Under the pieces are notes generated by a model, which saw only the letters and a program-made list of their open reading frames with translations, ran no database searches and had not been told where the DNA came from. The position numbers and the translations under genes were made by a program. Shown piece after piece: positions 30,527 to 48,254 of a DNA stretch of 64,000 nt; the first letter of the stretch is position 1, and the number at the start of each line of letters is the position of its first letter. The DNA is from the human T2T-CHM13v2.0 reference genome, Homo sapiens. Location of the stretch: NCBI RefSeq assembly GCF_009914755.1, contig NC_060937.1; one strand, written 5' to 3'.

Positions 30527-32656
30527 CTATAAATTAACAACCTAATGTCACACCTAAAGGAACTAGAAAAATAAGAACAAACTAAACCCAAATCTAGCAG
30601 AAGAAAATAAATAACATATATTCGAGCAGAACTAAATGAAATTGAGACAAAAAATACAAAAGATCAATGAATGAAAAGATGGTTATTTGAAAAAACAAAA
30701 TTGATAAACTGCTACCTAGACTAACCAAGGAAAGAAGAGAGGAGATCCAAATAAAAATAATCAGAAGTGAAAAAGGAGACATTACAATTAAGCCCACAGG
30801 AAAAAACAAAACAAAACAAAAAACAGATACTGCTATGAAGAACTACACACTCACAAACTAGAAAACCTAGAGAGAATAGATAAATTTCTGGAAACATACA
30901 ACCTCCCAAGATTGAACCAGGTATAAATTGAAATCCTGAACATACCAACAATGAATAGTGAAAGTGAATTAGTAATAAAAAAATTTCCCAACAAAAAAAA
31001 GCATAGGACTTGATAGATTCACAGTCAAATTCTACCAAACTTATAAAAAGGAACTGTACCAATTCTCCTGAAATTGTTCCAAAAATTGAGGAGGGAAACT
31101 TCCCTAACTCATTCTACAAAGTCAGGATCCCACAATACAACCTCTACATACCAATATTTCTGATGAACACTGGTGCAAAAATCCTCAACAAAATACTAGT
31201 GTATTGAATCCAACAGCACATAAAAAAACAATAAATCATGACTAATTGTTTGATTCCAGGGATGAAAGGATGGTTCAGTATAGGAAAATCAATAAATTTT
31301 ACTTATTACATAGAGTATTATAACAAAAACTATGAATATCTCAATATATATAGAAAACATTAGATAAAACTCAGCATTGTGTAATGATAAAAATCCTCAA
31401 TAAACCAGGCACAGAAGGAACATATCTCAAAATAATAAAGGTCATATATGAGAAACCTACAGCCTATATTATGCTGAATGGGGAAAGGTGAAAGCAATCC
31501 TCCTTAAAAAGAAATGGAACCAGACAAAGATGCTCACTCTCACTTTTCCTATTCAACAGAGTACTGGAAGTCCTAGCCACAGCACTCAGGCAAGAGAGAG
31601 GAATAAATGGCATCTAAATTGAAAAAGAGGAAGTCAAATTATCTCTATTCATCAATTATATGATCTAGAAAACCCTGAAGACTCCTCTATAAATCTCTTA
31701 CATTTGATAAATGAATTCGGTAAAGTTTCAGGATACAAAATCAGTGTACAAAAATAAGTAGCATTTCTGTTTACCAATAACCATCAAGCTGGGAACCAAA
31801 TCAAGAAGGCAATCCTATTTACAATAGCGATCAGAAAAATAGAATGTCTAGGAATACATTTAACCAAGGAGATGAAAGACCTCTATAAGGAAAACTAGAA
31901 AACATTGAATAAAGAAATTGTAGATACCACGAATCGAAAAATATACCACATTTATGCATCAGGGGGATTAATATTGTTAAAATGACCATACTACTTAGAG
32001 CATTCTACAGGTTCAATGCAATTCCTATCAAAATACCAATGTCATTCTTCCCAGAAATGGAAAAACCAATCCTAAAATTTACATGGAACCAAATGAATAG
32101 CCAAAGCAATCCTATGCAAAAAGAACAAAGCTGGAGGTATCACATTACCTGACGTCAAATTATATTACAAGGCTACAATAATTAAAACATCATGGTATTG
32201 GTACAAAAATAGACATGTAGATCAATGGAACAGAATGGAGAACGCAGAAATAAAGGTACATATTTACAGCCAACTGATTTTTGACAAAGTTGGCAAAAAT
32301 ATACTACAGGAAAGGACACTTTTCAATAAATGGTGTGTGTAAATTGGATTACTATATGCAGACAAAAATGAAATTGAACTATCTCTGAGCATGTATACAA
32401 ATCAACTTAAGATGGATTAAAGGCTTAAATGTAAGACTTGAAACTACTAAAATACTAGAAGTAAACCTAGAGAAAACTTCTGGGCATTGTTATAGACAAA
32501 ATTCATGACTAAGATGTCAAAAGTACAAACGACAAAAACAGAAATAGACAAATGGTATTTAATTAAACTAAAAATCTGCATTGCTAAAAGAAATAATAGA
32601 AATAACGAGTTTTTTTAAAAAAAAGTAACGTTTTAAATAATAGAAAAGGAATAACA

Positions 32657-32836
32657 GAGTTTGAAGTTGGGTAACATGATGCCTCCAGCTTTGTTCTTTT
32701 TGCTTAGGATTGTCTTGGCTATTTGGGCCTCTTTTTGGGTACATATGAATATTAAAATAGATTTTTCTAATTCCATGAAGAATGTCAATGTTAGTTTAAT
32801 GGGGATAGCATTGAATCTACAAATTACTTTGGGCAG
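32657..32836 (-). mobile_element. Short antisense L1PA ORF2 internal fragment
   Basis: tgatgcctccagctttgttctttttgcttaggattg...gcattgaatctacaaattactttgggcag; no tail. Confidence 0.85.
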
Positions 32837-33394
32837 AAAACCTTCAGAATGGAAGAAAATATTTGCAAATGATGCATCCAACACAGGATTGATATCCCGA
32901 ATTTATAAGAAATTCAAACAACAAAAAACAACCCCATTAAAAAATGGGCAAAGAACATGAATAGACATTCTTTTCAAAAAAGACATATGAATGCCCAAAA
33001 AGCATATAAAAATGCTCAACATCACTAATCATCAGAGAAGCAGAAATTAAAATAACAATGAAATATTATCTTACATGTGTCCGAATGGCTATTACCAAAA
33101 AGTATAAAAGGAACAGATGCTAACAGTGATACAGAGAAAAAAGAATGCTTATCCACTTTTTGTGACAATGTAAACTAGTACAACTTCTACGTAAAACCTT
33201 ATGGAGATTTCTCAAGTGAAAATAGAAATATCGTTCAATTGAGTAATTTCACCACTGTATATCTACCTAAAGGGAAGAAAATTATTACATAAAAATATAC
33301 TTAGATTTGCATGTTTATTAGAGCACTATTCACAATAGCAAAGATATAGAGTCAGCCTGCGTCCAACAATGGATGATTGTATAACGAAAATGTA

Positions 33395-36019
<2,625 letters not shown>

Positions 36020-36025
<6 letters not shown>

Positions 36026-36825
36026 GACATACATGTGGCCAACAAATGTGAAAAAACACTCAATACCACTGATCATGAGAGAGGCAAATCAAAACTACCT
36101 GTGATAGCGTTGCATCCTAGTCAAAATGGTTATTAAAAAGTTAAAATACAACAGATGCTGGTGAGGTTGCAGAGAAAAGGAACACCTTTACACTGCTAGT
36201 GGAAGTGTAAATTAGTCCAACCACTGCGGAAGACAGTGTGACAATTCCTCAAAGATCTAGAAACAGAAATACCATGTGACGCAGCAATCTCATTACTGGG
36301 TATATACCCACAGGAATATAAATCATTTATAAAGATACCTGGACATGTATGTTAATTGCAGCACTATTTACAATAGCAAAGACATGGAATCAATCTAAAT
36401 GCTCATCAGTGATACACCGGATGAGGAAAATGTGGTACATACACACCATGGAATACTATGCAGCTATAAAAAGAATGAGATCATGTCCTTTGCAGGGACA
36501 TGGATGCAGTTGGAAGTCATTGTCCCCAGCAAACTAACACAGGAACAGAAAAACAAACACTGCACATTCTCACCTATAAGTGGGAGGTGAATGATGAGAA
36601 CACATGGAAAGATGGGGTGGGGGAAAACACATACTGGGTCCTGTCAGGGTTTTGGGGGCAGGGAGAGCATCAGGAAGAATAGCTAATTGATGCTGTCTTA
36701 ATACCTAGGTGAGGGGATGATCAGTGCAGCAAACCCACATGCCACACATTTACCTATGTATCAAACCCACACATTCTGCACATGTACCCCTGAACTTAAA
36801 AGTTGAAGGAAAAAAATGAAAAAAA
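36020..36825 (+). mobile_element. Second L1PA (L1PA12/13-like) 3' segment directly after the first
   Basis: gacatacatgtggccaac...gagagcatcaggaagaatagctaa...ctgaacttaaaagttgaagg plus A tail. Confidence 0.85.
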
Positions 36826-38164
36826 GAAAATATGCCATATAAACAATGGAATACTATTCAGCAGTAAAAGATACAGAAATCATGCCATTTGCAGCAACAC
36901 AGATGGAATTGGAAGCCATTAACTTAAGTGAAATAATTCAGAGACATAAAGTCCAATATCAAATGTTCTACTTATAAGTGGAAGCGAAGAAAAGTGTACA
37001 CATGGACATAGAGAGTGGACTGATAGACATTGGAGACTCAGAAGGGTGGAAGAGTAGAAGAAAGTTAAAGGATGAGAAATTACTTAATGGGTACAATGTA
37101 CATTATTTGGGTGATGGCTACTCTGAAAGCCCAGACTTCACCACTAGGCAATCTATGCATTGTACAAAACTGTACTTGTACACCTCATATTTATACGAAT
37201 GAAAAATGGGATATTGTTTTCACCTCTAATGAAAAAAAGAATGAAAACAAAGCAAAACAAAAGGAAATGAGTAGAAGAAGTAAGAAAAATATCGAGAGAT
37301 TTGGTTTTCCCTACATATAGGGTGGGGATAAGCTATTTTAATAGAACTAAATATTAAATATCACCATTAATATTCACTTAATAGAAATTTATGTGTGTTT
37401 AGCATTGAATATTAAAGGGAATAGCCCATATGAATTGTGAATACCAAGGCAACTGAAATTTGGGGTATCAATATTACAAAGTAGCAAGAGAGACTCATAG
37501 TGTGTAGTTTGAAAACTTCCATAAAGGTAATGTAATACTAAGGAATGAATTTCAGTTGTGTTTGAATATTGGCAGCATAGTTGGGCTAACTATCCAAGGT
37601 GAGCAGTTCCAAATTGCAAATTATTAGTTCTGAGGGACAACAGCCAGTTAGGTCAAGCAAAGCATTCCTGAATATACTCCCAGCACTTTGATGTGTAGCT
37701 CTTTGATATTTAGTTGTCTATCTATTCTTCCCAACTGAATACTGAACAAAGTTGAGGTTTCTATTTTCTTCATATATTTGCCCATTGCCAGATACAGAGT
37801 AGATACTAAAATATAAATTTCTATTGAGTCATGGCAACATTTTTGATTATAGACTGGGCAGCCTGTGGAAGGGGACATATCCATGTAGGGAACTGTTTTA
37901 TTCTTTTGACTATAGCTTGAGTGGATCTGTCATTGTAAGAATTTATATTTTTGAGTGGAAGGGAAAGAGATCTCTGAATTTTGAGAGTGGAAAACCACTA
38001 GCCTGTTTATTGGTGCTTACATTAAAACTGACATTTATCTTAAGAGTTTGAAAATTATTTTAATGGGTATCAGAATATTATTTTAACCATTAAGGAAATA
38101 CTCTGTAGTGATTTAAGTCAGGAAAGAAATCCATACTCTAAAGCAATAATAATTTCACTTAAAG

Positions 38165-38350
38165 TTCACTGATAACTTACACGGACGAGATGCTCGTGGA
38201 GAGATGTGAAGCTAAAAATGATACGATCCAAACCTTCAAAATTCTCACAAAGCAGTGGCAGGAATATATATGTAAGTGAATCCTCATGAAAATATGGGAT
38301 AAGTTTAATAACATGCAACCCAAGAGCAGTAGACGCATGAAGGAAACAAT
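38165..38350 (-). mobile_element. Possible L2 relic
   Basis: Weak similarity (accttcaaaattctcacaaagcagtggcagg). Confidence 0.35.
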
Positions 38351-39308
38351 ATCTATATGCTAGAATAATTATATTGAATTATAATTTTATTGCATCATAA
38401 ATATACTTTTCATGTGTATACTTTTTACCAGTAAGGGCAATCAGGTAAACAATTTAAAGGCATCTTTTTCTTCTAGCAATGCACTGTCCACATGTATTAT
38501 GCTTATAACTAGGCTCATAAAATCATTACTGATCAAACGTTTTATATAAACGTGTAACATTATATAAAACGTTTGGAAATAGAAAATTATTTTTATAATA
38601 CATTTTTGGATGTTCTTTTAGAAATTCTAGAGTTAGCTAAATAACTACTTAATATTGTAAAGCAATTCATGTAATTTAACATTCTGCATTTTGCTGTGGT
38701 GATTCATTTGAAATTTTACCGTTTAGTCATGATCAGGTTACCTTGGATACCTAAAATTAATTGAAAAGTGTGTCACTTTATTATTGTCATTTTACTGAAG
38801 GTTCTTTTTTCTCTTCATTTGTGCTGCAGTTTGAAATAGAACACAATGACTTATAAATTACTTGCAAAGGAACCCTAGGATTTCCTGGCCTTTAGAGATT
38901 GTAATAGTTGCCTGGAATCTGTAATCAGAGGGGTTAAATCACAGTCCTTTTTCTTTGTTGTTAGACCATAAATGCTTTCCATTGTGTTGAATAATTTATG
39001 ACCTGCTTTCATTTTGTGATGTTTATTTTTCTCTGTGAGAAATTTAGAGATGTTTTAGTATAATTTTAAGTTTCCAGATGGAATTCTGTTAATGTTTTTT
39101 TGGAAATTTAAAAAAGCTGAACTACTTAATTATGAGGCACTTGGCTACTTTCTTACCTAAAATTTCACTAGCTGCCATAAACACTGACAAAATTCAATTT
39201 TATATTTAAATGAAAGTTGCTGGTAATATGCCATACTTACAATGTTTATGTTTTCCCACAAGAGAGCTCATATTCTAGTATAAAATATTTTTAAAGTTTT
39301 TTGGCAGA

Positions 39309-39331
39309 TGTGTGTGTGTGTGTGTGTGTGT
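39309..39331 (+). repeat. (TG)11 microsatellite
   Basis: Direct read. Confidence 0.95.
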
Positions 39332-39654
39332 ATTTTATGATGAGGAATTCAATTATCAGGCAAACCATTTAATATTACATTCTTTAAAAGTAGGAACCAT
39401 TTTGGACAAAAACTGTATATGACTTCTTATCCTAAATGATTTTCAATGTTTGCTTCTTAGTCATTTAGTGAAGAAAAGAAGAAACACATAAATATCCTTT
39501 TAATGAACTCTATTATAGATAGTAACAGTAACTAGCTTTATTTATTGGATTATGAAATACTGAAGCTTTAAAAATTAAGAAGAAAAATTAGGTCACTTAA
39601 GAAGTGTCTACAATAGCATGACCCCCAGTATTTTCCAAATAGACTTATAAATCC

Positions 39655-39817
39655 AAGATTTTTATTATATTACCACTAAGCATAATTCATCAGCAATACC
39701 TGGGAGTTTGTGAGAATGTAGAATGTCAGGTCAGATCCCAGATCTACTGGATTACAAGATACACTTGAACAATATTTCCAGGTAATCTGCATGCACATTA
39801 ATGTTTGAGAAGCATTG
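39655..39817. mobile_element. MER5-type hAT-Charlie MITE
   Basis: catcagcaatacctgggagtttgtgagaatgtagaatgtcagg...gcacattaatgtttgagaagcattg. Confidence 0.75.
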
Positions 39818-40059
39818 ATTTATTTGGTAGTATTACGTAAGACACCATCCCTGAAAAAGAAAGCAAAATCTATAAAGGCCAGCCTCTTATGTATTACATA
39901 TACATACTTGTTTTTTACATTATTTATTTATACTTGTTTTACATTAAAACAATAATTTTTAAAAGTCTTGGAGAATGAAATCAATACATTTACAGGTAGA
40001 TGATTTAGAGTCTTTGTCTATAATTTGAACATTTGGGTCATCTTAATATTGACATCCCT

Positions 40060-43000
40060 ATTTTATTTTTTAATTTAAAGTATACAGTGTGATGTTTTAA
40101 TATACACATATAGACTGAACTAATTAGTACAGTCAAGTGAATTAACATATTTATCTTTCTGTAGTTTTTTGTGATAAGAGCACTTAATAACTGCTCTCAG
40201 CGAATTTGATGTATACAATAAAATATTATCTATAGTACCCAGGCTGTACATTAGATTGTTAGAATTTATTCTACATAAGGGAAACTTTTTACCCTTTGCC
40301 CAACATCTCCCTATTTACCTTAACCCCTTACCTCTGATAATCACCATTCTAATCTCTGCTTCTATGAATTTGACTATTTTTAGATTCCATTTACAAATGA
40401 GATCACGCCATATTTTTCTATTGTGTCTGGCTTATTTCACTTAGCATAATGTCTTCTGGGTTCATCCATATTGTTGCAAATAGGATTTTCTTATTTTTTA
40501 AGGTTTATATAATTTCATACGTATATGAATATTATATGTATCACATTTTCTTTATACATTCATTTGTTGATAAACACATAGGTTGTTTCCATAATTTGGG
40601 TATTGTGAATAATGCTGCAATAAACATGGGAGTGCAGGTATCCTTTTGACATACTGATTTCATTTCCTTTGGCCATATACCCAGAAGTAGAATTGCTGGA
40701 TCATATGGTAGTTCTGTTATTAATTTTTGAAGGAAGTGATTCTGTATTATTTTCCATAATGGCTATACCAATAAATATACTCACCAACAGTGCACAAGGG
40801 TTCCCTTTTCTCCACATCCTCACCAACACTTATCTTTTTTATATTCAATAATAACCAACCTATCACATGTGATATTCATGTGATATCTTACTGTAGTTTG
40901 ATTTGCATTATCCTGATGGTTGGTGGTGTTGAGCAGCTTTTCATAAACGTATTGGCCATCTGTGTGTCTTCTTTGGATAAATGTCTATTTAAGTCTGTTG
41001 CCCATATTTAAATTGAGTTCTGTCTTCTTTTGCTATTGAGTTGTATGTGTTACTCGTATGTTTTAAATATTAACCCCTTATCAGATATATGGTTTGCAAA
41101 TATTTTTCCAGTCTGTAGGTTGCCTTTACATTGTGCTTATTGTTTCATTCATTGTGCAGAAGCTTTTAAATTTGGTATAGTTCCATGTATTTATTTTTGT
41201 TTTTGTCACCTGTGCTTTTGGTGTCATACCCCAAAAATTATCACTAAGACCAATGCCAAGGAGCTTGTTCCCTATATTTTCTTTTAGGCATTTTACAGTT
41301 CAGATCTTATATTTAAGTCTTTAATACTTTTTGAGTTGATTTTTGTGTATGGCATATGATCAGGGTCTAATTTCATTATTTTATGGTGAATGTCTAGTTT
41401 TCCCAGTACCATTTATTGAAGAGACAATCCTTTCCCCACTGTGTTCTTGGCATCTTGTTGAAAATTATTTGATTGTACATGCATGGGTTTATTTTGGGTT
41501 TGCTTTTCTGTTCCATTGGTTTATGTGTCAATTTTAACATCAATACCATGGTGTTTTGTATATTATACCTTTGTGACATCATTGGAAATCAGGCTCCAGC
41601 TTTGTTATTCTTGCTAAAGATTGCTTTGGCTATTCAGGTCTTTTGCTGTTCTACATAAATTTTAGTACTTTTTTTCTATTTTTGTGAAACATGCCATTGG
41701 AATTTTGATAAGGATTGCATTGAATCTGTAGATTGCCTGGCGTATTAGTCAGTTTTCACACTGCTGTAAAGAACTACCTGAGACTGGGTAATTTATAAAT
41801 AAAAGAGGTTTAATTGACTGCAGCCTTAACAGGAAGTGAAACTGGGAGGTCTCAGGAAACTTACAATCATGGTGGAAGGCGAAGGGGAATCAAAGACCTT
41901 GTTCACATGGTGGCATGAGACAGTGTGAAGGGGGGAACTGCTGCACACTCATGCATAATGAGGTCGCAAAAGAACTCATTATCATGAGAACAGCATGGGG
42001 GACCACCCCCATAGTCCAATCACCTCCCACAGGTCCCCCCGTTGACATATGGGGATTACAATTCTAGAAGAGATTTGGGTGGGGAAACAGCCAAACCATA
42101 TCATTCTGACCCTGGCCCCTCCCAAATCTCATGTCCTTCTCACATTGCAGAACACAATTATGCCTTCCTAACAGTCCCTGAAAGTCTGAACTCATTTTAG
42201 CATTATCCCAAAAATTCAAGTCCAAAGTCTCATCTGAGACAAGGCAAGTCCCTCCCATTTATGAGCCTGTAAAATAAAACACAAGTTAGTTACTTTCAAG
42301 ATACAATGAGGGTACAGGCATTGCGTAAATGTTCTCATTCCATGGGGGGTAAATTGGCCAAAACAAATAGGCTGCAGGCCCCATGCAAGTCCAAAACCTG
42401 ACAGGGCACTCATTAAATCTTAAAGATCCAAAATAATCTCCTTTGAATCCATGTCTCACATCCAGGGCACGCTGATGCAAGAAGCAGTCTCCCAAGGCAT
42501 TGGGCAGCTCCACCCCTGTGGCTCTGTAGGTTACAGCCCCATGGCAGCTTTCATGGGCTGGCATTGAATGCCTGCAGCTTTTCCAGGCACATGGTGCAAG
42601 CTGTGGGTGGATCTATTATTCTGGGGTCTAGAGGATGGTGGTCCTTTTTTCACAGCTCCACTAGGCAGTGCCCCAGTGAATACTCTGTGTGGGAGCTCCA
42701 ACTCCACATTTCCCTTCCACACTGTCCTAGCACAGGTTCTCCATGAGGGCTCCGCCCCTGCAGCAAACTTCTGCCTGGACATCCAGATGTTTTCATACAT
42801 CCTATGAAATCTAGGTGGAGGCTCCCAAAGCTCAACTTTTGTATTTTGGGCACCTGGAGGTACAACACCACTGGAAACTGCCAAGGTTTTGGGCTTGTTC
42901 CCTCTGGAGCAACTGCATGTGCTGTAACTTGGGCCCTTTTAGCAATGGCTGCAGCTGGAGTGGCTGGGATGCAAGGCATCATGTTCTGAGGCTGCACAGA

Positions 43001-44120
43001 GTAGTGGGGCACTGGGTCCTGCCCACGAAACCTTTATCCCCTCCTAGGCCTCTCAGCCTGTGATGAGAGGGGTGCCTCCAAGGTTTCTGACATGCCCTGA
43101 AGACATTTTCCCCATTGTCTTGGTGATTAACATTTCGCTCCTCATTACTTAGACTAATTTCTGTAGCCAGCTTGAATTTTCCCCAGAAAATGGGATTTTC
43201 CTTTCTACCACATGGTCAGGCTGCAAATTTTCCAAAGTTTTATGCTCTGCTTCTCTTTGAAACTGAAGTTCCAATTTCAGGCCATCTCTTTGTGAAAGCA
43301 TATAACTGTAGGCTTTCAGAAAAAGCCAGGTCAAATCTCAAATGCTTTGCTGCTTAGAAATTTCTTCTGCCAGATACCCCAAATCATCTCTCTCAAGTTC
43401 AAAATTCCACAGATATCTTGGGCAGGGGCAAAATGCTGCCAGTCTCTTTGCTAAAGCAGAACAAGAGTTACCTTTGCTCCAGTTAAGAAGTTCCTCATCT
43501 CCATCTGAGATCATCTCAGCCTGGACTTAATTGTCCATCACTATCAGCATTTTGGTCAAAACCATTAAATCTCTAGGAAGTTCCAAACTTTCCCACATCT
43601 TCCTGTCTTTTTCTAAGCCCTCCAACCTATTCCAACCCCTGCCTGTTTCCTAGTTCCAAAGTTGCTTCCACATTTTCAGGTATCTTTAGAGTAGTGTCCC
43701 ACTTCTCTTGGTACCGATTTTCTGGATTAGTCAATTTTTACACTGCTATAAAGAACCACCTGAAACTGGGTAATTTAAAAAGAAATGAGGTTTAATTGAC
43801 TCACAGTTATGCATGGCTGGCAAGGCCTCAGGAAACTTAAAATAATGGTGGAAGGTGAAGGGGAAAAAAGGCATGTTTTACATGGTGGCAGGAGAGAGAG
43901 TCAGGGTGAAATTGCTGTACACTTTTAAACCATTAGATCTTGTAGAACTCACTCACTATTGTGAGAAAAGCATGGGGGGAAGTGCCCTCATGATCCATTC
44001 ACCTGCCACCAGGTTCCTCCCTCAACATATGGGGATTACAATTTGAGATGAGATTTGGGTGGGGAAACAGAGCCAAAACATATCATCTGGATATTTTGGA
44101 TATTTTAACAATATTAGTTA
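40060..44120 (-). mobile_element. L1MA8/9-like 3' portion, interrupted by MaLR provirus
   Basis: Antisense 3'UTR and ORF2 C-terminus to 41740; resumes at 44086 (ggatattttaacaatatt). Confidence 0.85.
41741..44085 (-). mobile_element. Complete THE1D/MSTA-type MaLR provirus (3'LTR 41741-42103, internal 42104-43722, 5'LTR 43723-44085)
   Basis: Two LTRs ending catatca on the + strand; internal region antisense-homologous to 23200-24780; TSD cctgg / tctgg. Confidence 0.93.
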
Positions 44121-45243
44121 TGGCATTGACATCTCTTGATTGTCATTTTTCTCAAGAATTGGTCATATTGTCTTGGATCTTTGTATGTGCAATACATTTT
44201 AATTACATTTTAAATATTTTGCTGTGAGACTCTGGGTTGTGTTAATAAAAATCCTTTGGAGGATGTGTGTGTGGGTATGTTGTATTTTATCAGATAATCC
44301 ACCTGGTCAGGTTTAGTATGTAAATTCTGTTTAATCTTCTGTGGCCAGTGGTTCCAATATAGTTTTCAAAGACTTTGTTATTTTGTTTGGGTCTATCCTG
44401 GAACTCAGGGTTTAGGGTGAGACTTGGGCATTGTTTTATACTATAGATTATTGTAAAAATATTTTTTATGCTAATTTGCATCTGTTTTGCATATACAGTA
44501 TGAGGGTGAGCCCAGAACTTGAGCCAGTTCACAGATAAAAGTAGGGAATCCTCTTCTCCAGTTCTTCCTTCCGAGGAGTTTCTCTGTGGGTACATTTCTC
44601 CTGTCCTCTGGCTAAAAAGCTGAAATTTCACTCAGAATTTTAGTTTCCTATACTTTCCTGTAGTTTCGTATGGCTTTAACCTTCAGGAAAAAATTGCAAG
44701 AAAAAAGAAAAATGTAGGAGGAATCCCCCCTACTCCTTTAGAACACAGGGCCTCTTGGTTCCTCTGGCCAAAAATGAACTTGGATTTTGTTGTTATTGCT
44801 GTTTTGGGTGTTCATGTTGTTCCAACAGCAGTGCAGCTTTGTGAGTAGGTAAGGCTTCCAACAGAGCTGGCAGAAAGAAGAATACAAAACAAACAAAAAC
44901 ACGTGGTAAATTATCCCTACCCTTTTGTCCACAGTGGGCCTATTTCCCAAAGAAGAATTTATTTCAGAATTTTTATAATTTGTACCTGCTGTGCAGTTTT
45001 GTATCCTATGCAGCCCTCCAAAAGATAAAGAGCAGAGAGAAAAAACAAAAACAATACTGTAACCTCACCTCCATACTGGTTGTTCTTTAAGTTTTGACTT
45101 ACTTTTCAATTCTTTTGCTATTGCTGACTTTTCAGAGCCCTCATGTAGTTGCTTTCCATATCTTGCCTAGATATCTTAGTTGTAATCATGGGAGGAGATA
45201 AGATTCAGTGGGCTTACTTCATCTTGACAGAAATCAGAAGTCT
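44120..45243 (-). mobile_element. Old L1M (MC/MD-like) 5' region
   Basis: Ends ttcagtgggcttacttcatcttgacagaaatcagaagtc, typical antisense old-L1 5' terminus. Confidence 0.55.
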
Positions 45244-45446
45244 GTGGGAATGTTTAAAATTTTTGAGTAATTTTCTTAATACATATAAGGGAATATATAT
45301 TTTCTATTTCTGTAATTTTGTTGGTAGTTATTCCAGTGTTTTTGAACTTCCAAAATTTTTGTTGGGATGTCAGTTGTAAGACTTTTTATTGTTCTTTTTT
45401 AAAAAAATATGTCTTTTTTACTTGGTGCTTTTAAGATTTTCTCATT

Positions 45447-45750
45447 GGCTGGACGTGGTGGCTCATGCCTGTAATCTCAGCACTTTGGGAGGCCAAGGCA
45501 GGTGAATCACTTGAGGTTAGGAGTTCCAGACCAGCCTGGCTAACATGGAGAAACCCAGTCTCTACTACAGAAACATATAAAATTACCTGGGTGTGGTGAC
45601 ACGTACCTGTAATACTAGCTATTTGGGAGGCTGAGGCAGTTGAATCACTTGAACCTGGGAGGTGGAGGTTGCAGTGAGCCGAGATTGCAGTGAGCCGAGA
45701 TTGCACCCCTGCAGTCCAGCCTGGGTGATAGAGTAAGACTCTGTCTCAAA
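45447..45750 (+). mobile_element. AluS, almost tailless, with internal 16-bp duplication
   Basis: Full dimer; TSD aagattttctcatt 45433-45446 / aagatttttttcatt 45749-45763. Confidence 0.92.
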
Positions 45751-46486
45751 GATTTTTTTCATTGTACCTTTTCCACAACAGTTCCATTGTTGTATACTAT
45801 ATTTTTCTTTGTTATTAAGCTGTTTGGATTACATAGTATATCTCATATCTGTGGCCCTTTTCATTTTTTATTTTTGCAAAATTCTCAGAAATTACCTCTT
45901 TAAATACAGCTTTTGGTATATACTCTTTCTGTTTCCTCTCTTTTTTCTGGATGTCAATTTCACATAGGTTAGACTATTTGCATTATCTTATATGACTTTT
46001 AAGCTCTTTCTTTTCTTTTATTTTTGTATCTGCTCTTTCTTTGAGTTTCAGACTGGATTTTTTCTAGGGACCTATCTTAAAGATTACCAGTCCTCTCTTT
46101 AATAGTGTCTCAACTGCTGGGAAACTCATTGCTTGAGTTCTAATTTTTAGCTGTTATATTTTTATGTTTAAGAATTTTGATATAATTATTTTAAGAATTA
46201 TAGTTCTTTGGTAAAATTTTCCATGCTCTTTTTTGAATATATTTATTGTAGTTATTTAAATGTGTAATATCTAATAACTCTAAAAACTGAATAATTTCTT
46301 GGACCCTTCTATTTTCTTTTTCCCATTTTATCAAATAATGTGGTTTTATGGTAATTTTTAAATACCAGCCACATGTATAAAAATTGTAAATGATCTGGAT
46401 GATGCTATCTGTTCCTATAGATTATTTCCTTTGGAATTTTGATAGCTAAGAAATGGATCACCATACTATATCTAGAATTGAATTGA

Positions 46487-46970
<484 letters not shown>

Positions 46971-47643
46971 TGACTGCTAATACTTTTCGTTCCCAACCTA
47001 CAGCACTGCCTATAGCTCTGCTTTTTTTTCAGCTTCTCAATTTCTGCTCTTGCAGTGAGAAGAAAAATAATATGAAACGTTATTCTTTCAGTGAGTTTCC
47101 GTTTTCTTTTTATCTGGGTTCTTCAGATGCTGACTGTCATCATAGCTTCCTAATGTCTTCAAAGAGATAATTTTATATTGTATCCACCTCTCTTTTTTCT
47201 TTGTGTGAGAATTGGTCTACCATGAATTAGTCTGTCTCTTCTAGATACAGAAATTTTAGACAGGATTTTGTTCTTATACTTCTATTCTTATGTATTGCTC
47301 TATAATAAACACATTGGTGTGAACATACATATAATGGCAGATTTATATCTATGGATATGTATGTGTATGCATCATTGACATATTTTATGTTCTGATGCCA
47401 AATTGGTTATCTTATCTTTAACTTTTTGTATATACTTTACATTTCATGAATCTAAGGCAATCAATGTCAAAACACTTGTCCTTTTAGCAGTTCTCCCTTA
47501 GTGGTCTCACAGTCACATTTTTCCACATGAGCTTGGCAATAGGCTTAAAGACACATAGGCTTTAGGTCACAATGGAGAAACTAATGCTCCAAAACTGTTG
47601 ACATGAGAGATACTATTCACCAAAAGTACTTTGATTTTCCCTA

Positions 47644-48254
<611 letters not shown>

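Noticed and set aside
38181-38211. Possible 31-nt minus-strand micro-exon (gtaagt donor, CpG-rich, open frames)
   Set aside because: Weak acceptor pyrimidine tract, probably within an L2 relic, no partner exons
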